Assembly (NCBI GenBank): GCA_964508365.1 | Contig: CAZDTP010000066.1 | Location: forward strand, 1-18,444 | Reading direction: 5' to 3' | Source of the DNA: an uncultured archaeon | GTDB taxonomy: Archaea; Asgardarchaeota; Lokiarchaeia; Sigyniarchaeales; SOKP01 | DNA length: 18,444 nt | In this document: piece after piece, positions 15,618-18,444 of the stretch | How the letters are laid out: each line of letters begins with the position of its first letter | How positions within the stretch are numbered: the stretch's first letter is position 1 | Made by a program: the position numbers and the translations under genes | Notes under the pieces: model-generated | Database searches by the model: none | What the model was told of the DNA's origin: nothing | The model's input: only the letters and a program-made list of their open reading frames with translations

Positions 15618-16559
15618 ATGAAAAAAAATAAATCTTATTTTAGAGGGAGCAATATTGCTCACACATATTCTATCGTGGCAAGAGATACTAAAACCGGGGA
15701 GATGGGAGTTGGCGTCCAAAGTCACTATTTCTCGGTTGGGAGCATCGTCTCTTGGGGTGAATCTGGAGTTGGAGTCGTGGCTACTCAATCGCTCGTGAAT
15801 GCATCATTTGGTTTACGAGGTTTAGAACTTCTAAAGCAAGGTAAAACACCAAAAGCAGCTTTAGATTTTTTAATATCTGAAGATGAAGGCAGAGATGTAA
15901 GACAAGTAGCAATATTAGACGCTCAAGGTAGAGTTGCTGCCTATACTGGTTCGAAATGCATTATTCACGCTGGTCACATTGAAGGTGATAATTTTTCAGT
16001 TCAAGCTAATATGATGCTTACCGATAAAGTCTGGTCAACAATGGCTAAAAGTTTTGAATTGAATAGCAATTTACCCTTAGCTGAAAGAATCATAAAAACG
16101 ATGGAAGCAGCAGAAACTGTAGGAGGCGATATCAGAGGAAAACAATCTGCAGCGATTTTAATTGTAGGCGGTAAAGAAGCCGAAAATAAGTGGGAAGATA
16201 AAATCATCGATTTAAGAGTCGAAGATCACGAGGAACCAGTGAAGGAAATTGGAAGGTTATTAAAACTTTATAGAGCTTATAAACACATGGACAAAGGAGA
16301 TTTAGCAATGGAACACGATGATATGGAGTCTGCACTTAATGAATATGATTCTGCTCTAAATATGTTTCCTGATAATCTTGAAATGAAATTCTGGACAGCT
16401 GTCACCTTGGCTAATAACCAAAAAATTAAAGAAGCATCAAAAATCTTTAAAAAAGTCTTTAATAAAGACAATAATTGGCGATTGCTGGCAGAAAGACTAC
16501 CCGAGAGCGATTTATTAACAGTTTCTAAAGATGATTTAAAAAAAATCTTGTCATTATAG
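15618..16559 (+). CDS. DUF1028 family Ntn-hydrolase with C-terminal TPR domain (ATG at 15618 preferred over TTG at 15561)
   Basis: HTYSIVARD..TGEMGVGVQS, VATQS, RQVAILD, QANMM and GGDIRGKQSAA, then DLRVEDH. The C-terminus has a TPR-like A/G pattern (KGDLAM..ALNEYDSALNMFPDN). Confidence 0.9.
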   Translation: MKKNKSYFRGSNIAHTYSIVARDTKTGEMGVGVQSHYFSVGSIVSWGESGVGVVATQSLVNASFGLRGLELLKQGKTPKAALDFLISEDEGRDVRQVAILDAQGRVAAYTGSKCIIHAGHIEGDNFSVQANMMLTDKVWSTMAKSFELNSNLPLAERIIKTMEAAETVGGDIRGKQSAAILIVGGKEAENKWEDKIIDLRVEDHEEPVKEIGRLLKLYRAYKHMDKGDLAMEHDDMESALNEYDSALNMFPDNLEMKFWTAVTLANNQKIKEASKIFKKVFNKDNNWRLLAERLPESDLLTVSKDDLKKILSL

Positions 16560-16561
16560 CA

Positions 16562-17065
16562 TTAAAGAAGATATATATTATCGAAATCATTTTTATTCAT
16601 CGAAAATTTCATAACCTTCTTATTTTTTTGTTCAATGATTATATCCCCCAAGTATTTCATCCCAGAACGTTCTGCTACTAACCATCCTCCCCTGTTATCT
16701 TGATTGACATAAGCAAACAGTGTATCTATTTTTAAGGTTGAAAATGCGAATTCAATAGATTTTTTAAGAGCCTCTATTGCGTAACCACTCCCGCGGTATT
16801 GAGGAAATAATATAAAATAGCATTCCATTTCGCTACTGATATTTAAGGGTTTCAAAAAAATAAGACCTAAAAGTTGGTCATTGACTTTGTGAGTAATTGA
16901 AAAAATCAGTGTGTTCTTACGAATATCTGTAGAGAATATACTCTGGTCGGTATAACCCTCAAACATTTGATGTAATTCTTTATCACTTTCATAAAAATCC
17001 ATCTGATTAATTTGCTGGATAAAGAGTCTTTTTGTTTCTAGCGTATTAAGGATTTCAGGATTCAA
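16562..17065 (-). CDS. GNAT family N-acetyltransferase, RimJ/RimL-like
   Basis: LETKRL N-terminus, acetyl-CoA binding motif PQYRGSGYAIEAL, and N..G..VAERSGM. Confidence 0.88.
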   Translation of the reverse strand: MNPEILNTLETKRLFIQQINQMDFYESDKELHQMFEGYTDQSIFSTDIRKNTLIFSITHKVNDQLLGLIFLKPLNISSEMECYFILFPQYRGSGYAIEALKKSIEFAFSTLKIDTLFAYVNQDNRGGWLVAERSGMKYLGDIIIEQKNKKVMKFSMNKNDFDNIYLL

Positions 17066-17146
17066 TTAAAGCATACTAATTAAGTGGTTTTTACTTTATT
17101 TATAAATAAAACATGAACTAATAAATATTTCCTTCTAACGAATGAG

Positions 17147-17533
17147 TCAATCAACTAATAGCTTTAATCCTTTTACGAGCTGTTGTGGGCTAATTCCGAA
17201 CAGAAATGCAGAATGAAGTGTTTTAATGTCGTTTCCGATATTCTTAATGTCTTTATTTCGTTCTTTATAATCCTTCGCAATCTCCTCAAGTCTTGAATAT
17301 GATAACTCTTTAGAATTACTCATTTTCCCAAAATACCCTCCGAATGCTGTAAACATATTATGCATTAGCTCGATTTCTTCATCATTAAATGTTTTCGCGC
17401 ATTCTTCGCATATAACTCCAAAGGAATTACCAATTTTTTTAATCCTTACATCCAAGCGGGTATTATTTTGGCAAAGAACACATTTAACAAAGCTAAAAGT
17501 ATTTTTCTTTTTCGTAAGTTCTGAAACAATCAT
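17147..17533 (-). CDS. Hypothetical zinc-finger protein (CxxC...CxxC) with a helical C-terminal domain
   Basis: CVLC and CEEC pairs near the N-terminus. ATG start. Confidence 0.7.
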   Translation of the reverse strand: MIVSELTKKKNTFSFVKCVLCQNNTRLDVRIKKIGNSFGVICEECAKTFNDEEIELMHNMFTAFGGYFGKMSNSKELSYSRLEEIAKDYKERNKDIKNIGNDIKTLHSAFLFGISPQQLVKGLKLLVD

Positions 17534-17692
17534 GAATTACTGATTTTTTCGGTATATTTAAACAAAAAAAAAATCCGTTTATGGGTAAAATAATTTTTCT
17601 TTATAGGAGCAGTTTGTTAATTGCGTATTAGGAAAATACTAGGGTTTAAAAATATAGTTGTTAATTATTTGGTGATTCTAAGTGTTAAAATT

Positions 17693-18444
17693 ATGATAGA
17701 ACCAAAACCTAAAAAAAACGAAGCGGAATCATTTGAACATCTTAAAATAAAAGACCATTTCTACACATTCCTTCCGCTTGATAATAAAGTTGAGTTTTTA
17801 AAGAAAGAATATCCTATCGGTGATAGAATTGCAGATATTTATTGTAAATTAAGTACTGGTAAAAAAATAGTAGTAGAAATACAACATTCAATGATACTTG
17901 TTAAGGATTTAATACAACGGACTAGAGAATACAACGAGAATAATTGTTTTGTGTTATGGGTATTCAATGGTAGTTCGTTTGAACGCTACCCTAAAAATGA
18001 AGAGAATGTAAGGATATTAGCTTTTGAAAAATGGTGTCACTTGTTATATCGTGGGCGTGTATATTACATTAATATGACTAAATCTGGTATCCATAGCCCG
18101 GTTTATCCTGCTCATTTTGCGAATTATTACGAACTAAAATACTCTAAATTGGGATTCCAGTTCTATCAGAGGTCTTTAATTAAAAAAAGTTTTATACACT
18201 CTTTTATTCCCTCTCTAAAAATTAAAACATTTAAAAATATGGGATTTAACCTAGCTGGGTTCTATGATGATAACATAAGAAATTCATGCTTAGATGAAAT
18301 TACACAATTCTTAAAAAATTATAATGCTATTGAAAAAGAAGTAAAAAAAATAAAAAAAATGAGTCCAAATCAAAAGATGCTTTACCTAATTATTGGGATT
18401 TACGGTAATAAGTATGGATTAAATTTATTATTTAATATATTAAA
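17693..18444 (+). CDS. CoiA-like PD-(D/E)xK nuclease-domain protein, 3'-partial (not in the ORF track)
   Basis: The frame is open from ATG 17693 to the window end: MIEPKPKKNEAESFEHLKIK...EYPIGDRIADI...VVEIQHS...LIQRTREY...VLWVF. GGTGA Shine-Dalgarno-like motif at 17671-17675. Confidence 0.75.
   Translation, partial: MIEPKPKKNEAESFEHLKIKDHFYTFLPLDNKVEFLKKEYPIGDRIADIYCKLSTGKKIVVEIQHSMILVKDLIQRTREYNENNCFVLWVFNGSSFERYPKNEENVRILAFEKWCHLLYRGRVYYINMTKSGIHSPVYPAHFANYYELKYSKLGFQFYQRSLIKKSFIHSFIPSLKIKTFKNMGFNLAGFYDDNIRNSCLDEITQFLKNYNAIEKEVKKIKKMSPNQKMLYLIIGIYGNKYGLNLLFNIL

Noticed and set aside
15558-16471. Track ORFs 15558-15788(-), 16001-16207(-) and 16277-16471(-)
   Set aside because: Antisense shadows of the DUF1028 gene.
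1-18444. Mobile element, provirus, CRISPR array or structural RNA gene
   Set aside because: I recognised no integrase, transposase or capsid motifs, terminal inverted repeats, regularly spaced repeats, or tRNA/rRNA-like GC-rich segments.

Overview
AT-rich (roughly 30% GC by eye), gene-dense archaeal DNA. It is most consistent with a Lokiarchaeia/Promethearchaeota (Asgard) chromosome, inferred from TATA-like boxes, poly-T tracts after genes, a GGTGA Shine-Dalgarno-like motif and a Loki-CTERM-like sorting tail. I saw no rRNA, tRNA, CRISPR array, integrase or transposase. From about 4.1 kb to the end the genes are mostly recognisable metabolic or transport families: MOT1-type molybdate/anion transporter, PhzF-family isomerase, GPH-family MFS transporter, ABHD17/BEM46-like hydrolase, DUF998, bacterial-type gpmA, ATC-hydrolase/V4R-like protein, acyl-CoA dehydrogenase, DUF1028+TPR, RimJ/L GNAT, and a CoiA-like nuclease that runs off the end and is absent from the ORF track. 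The best leads are two. (1) An uncharacterised 0.3-4.1 kb block enriched in predicted transcription-related folds: a winged-helix protein coupled to a 4-TM protein, and a stand-alone TFB/cyclin-fold protein divergent from an RHH + winged-helix fusion, with a TGCAG-repeat element between their TATA boxes. (2) An IVD-type acyl-CoA dehydrogenase fused to a C-terminal winged-helix domain and preceded by a 23-bp inverted repeat, a possible self-regulating enzyme. All family assignments come from motif recognition by eye; no searches were run.
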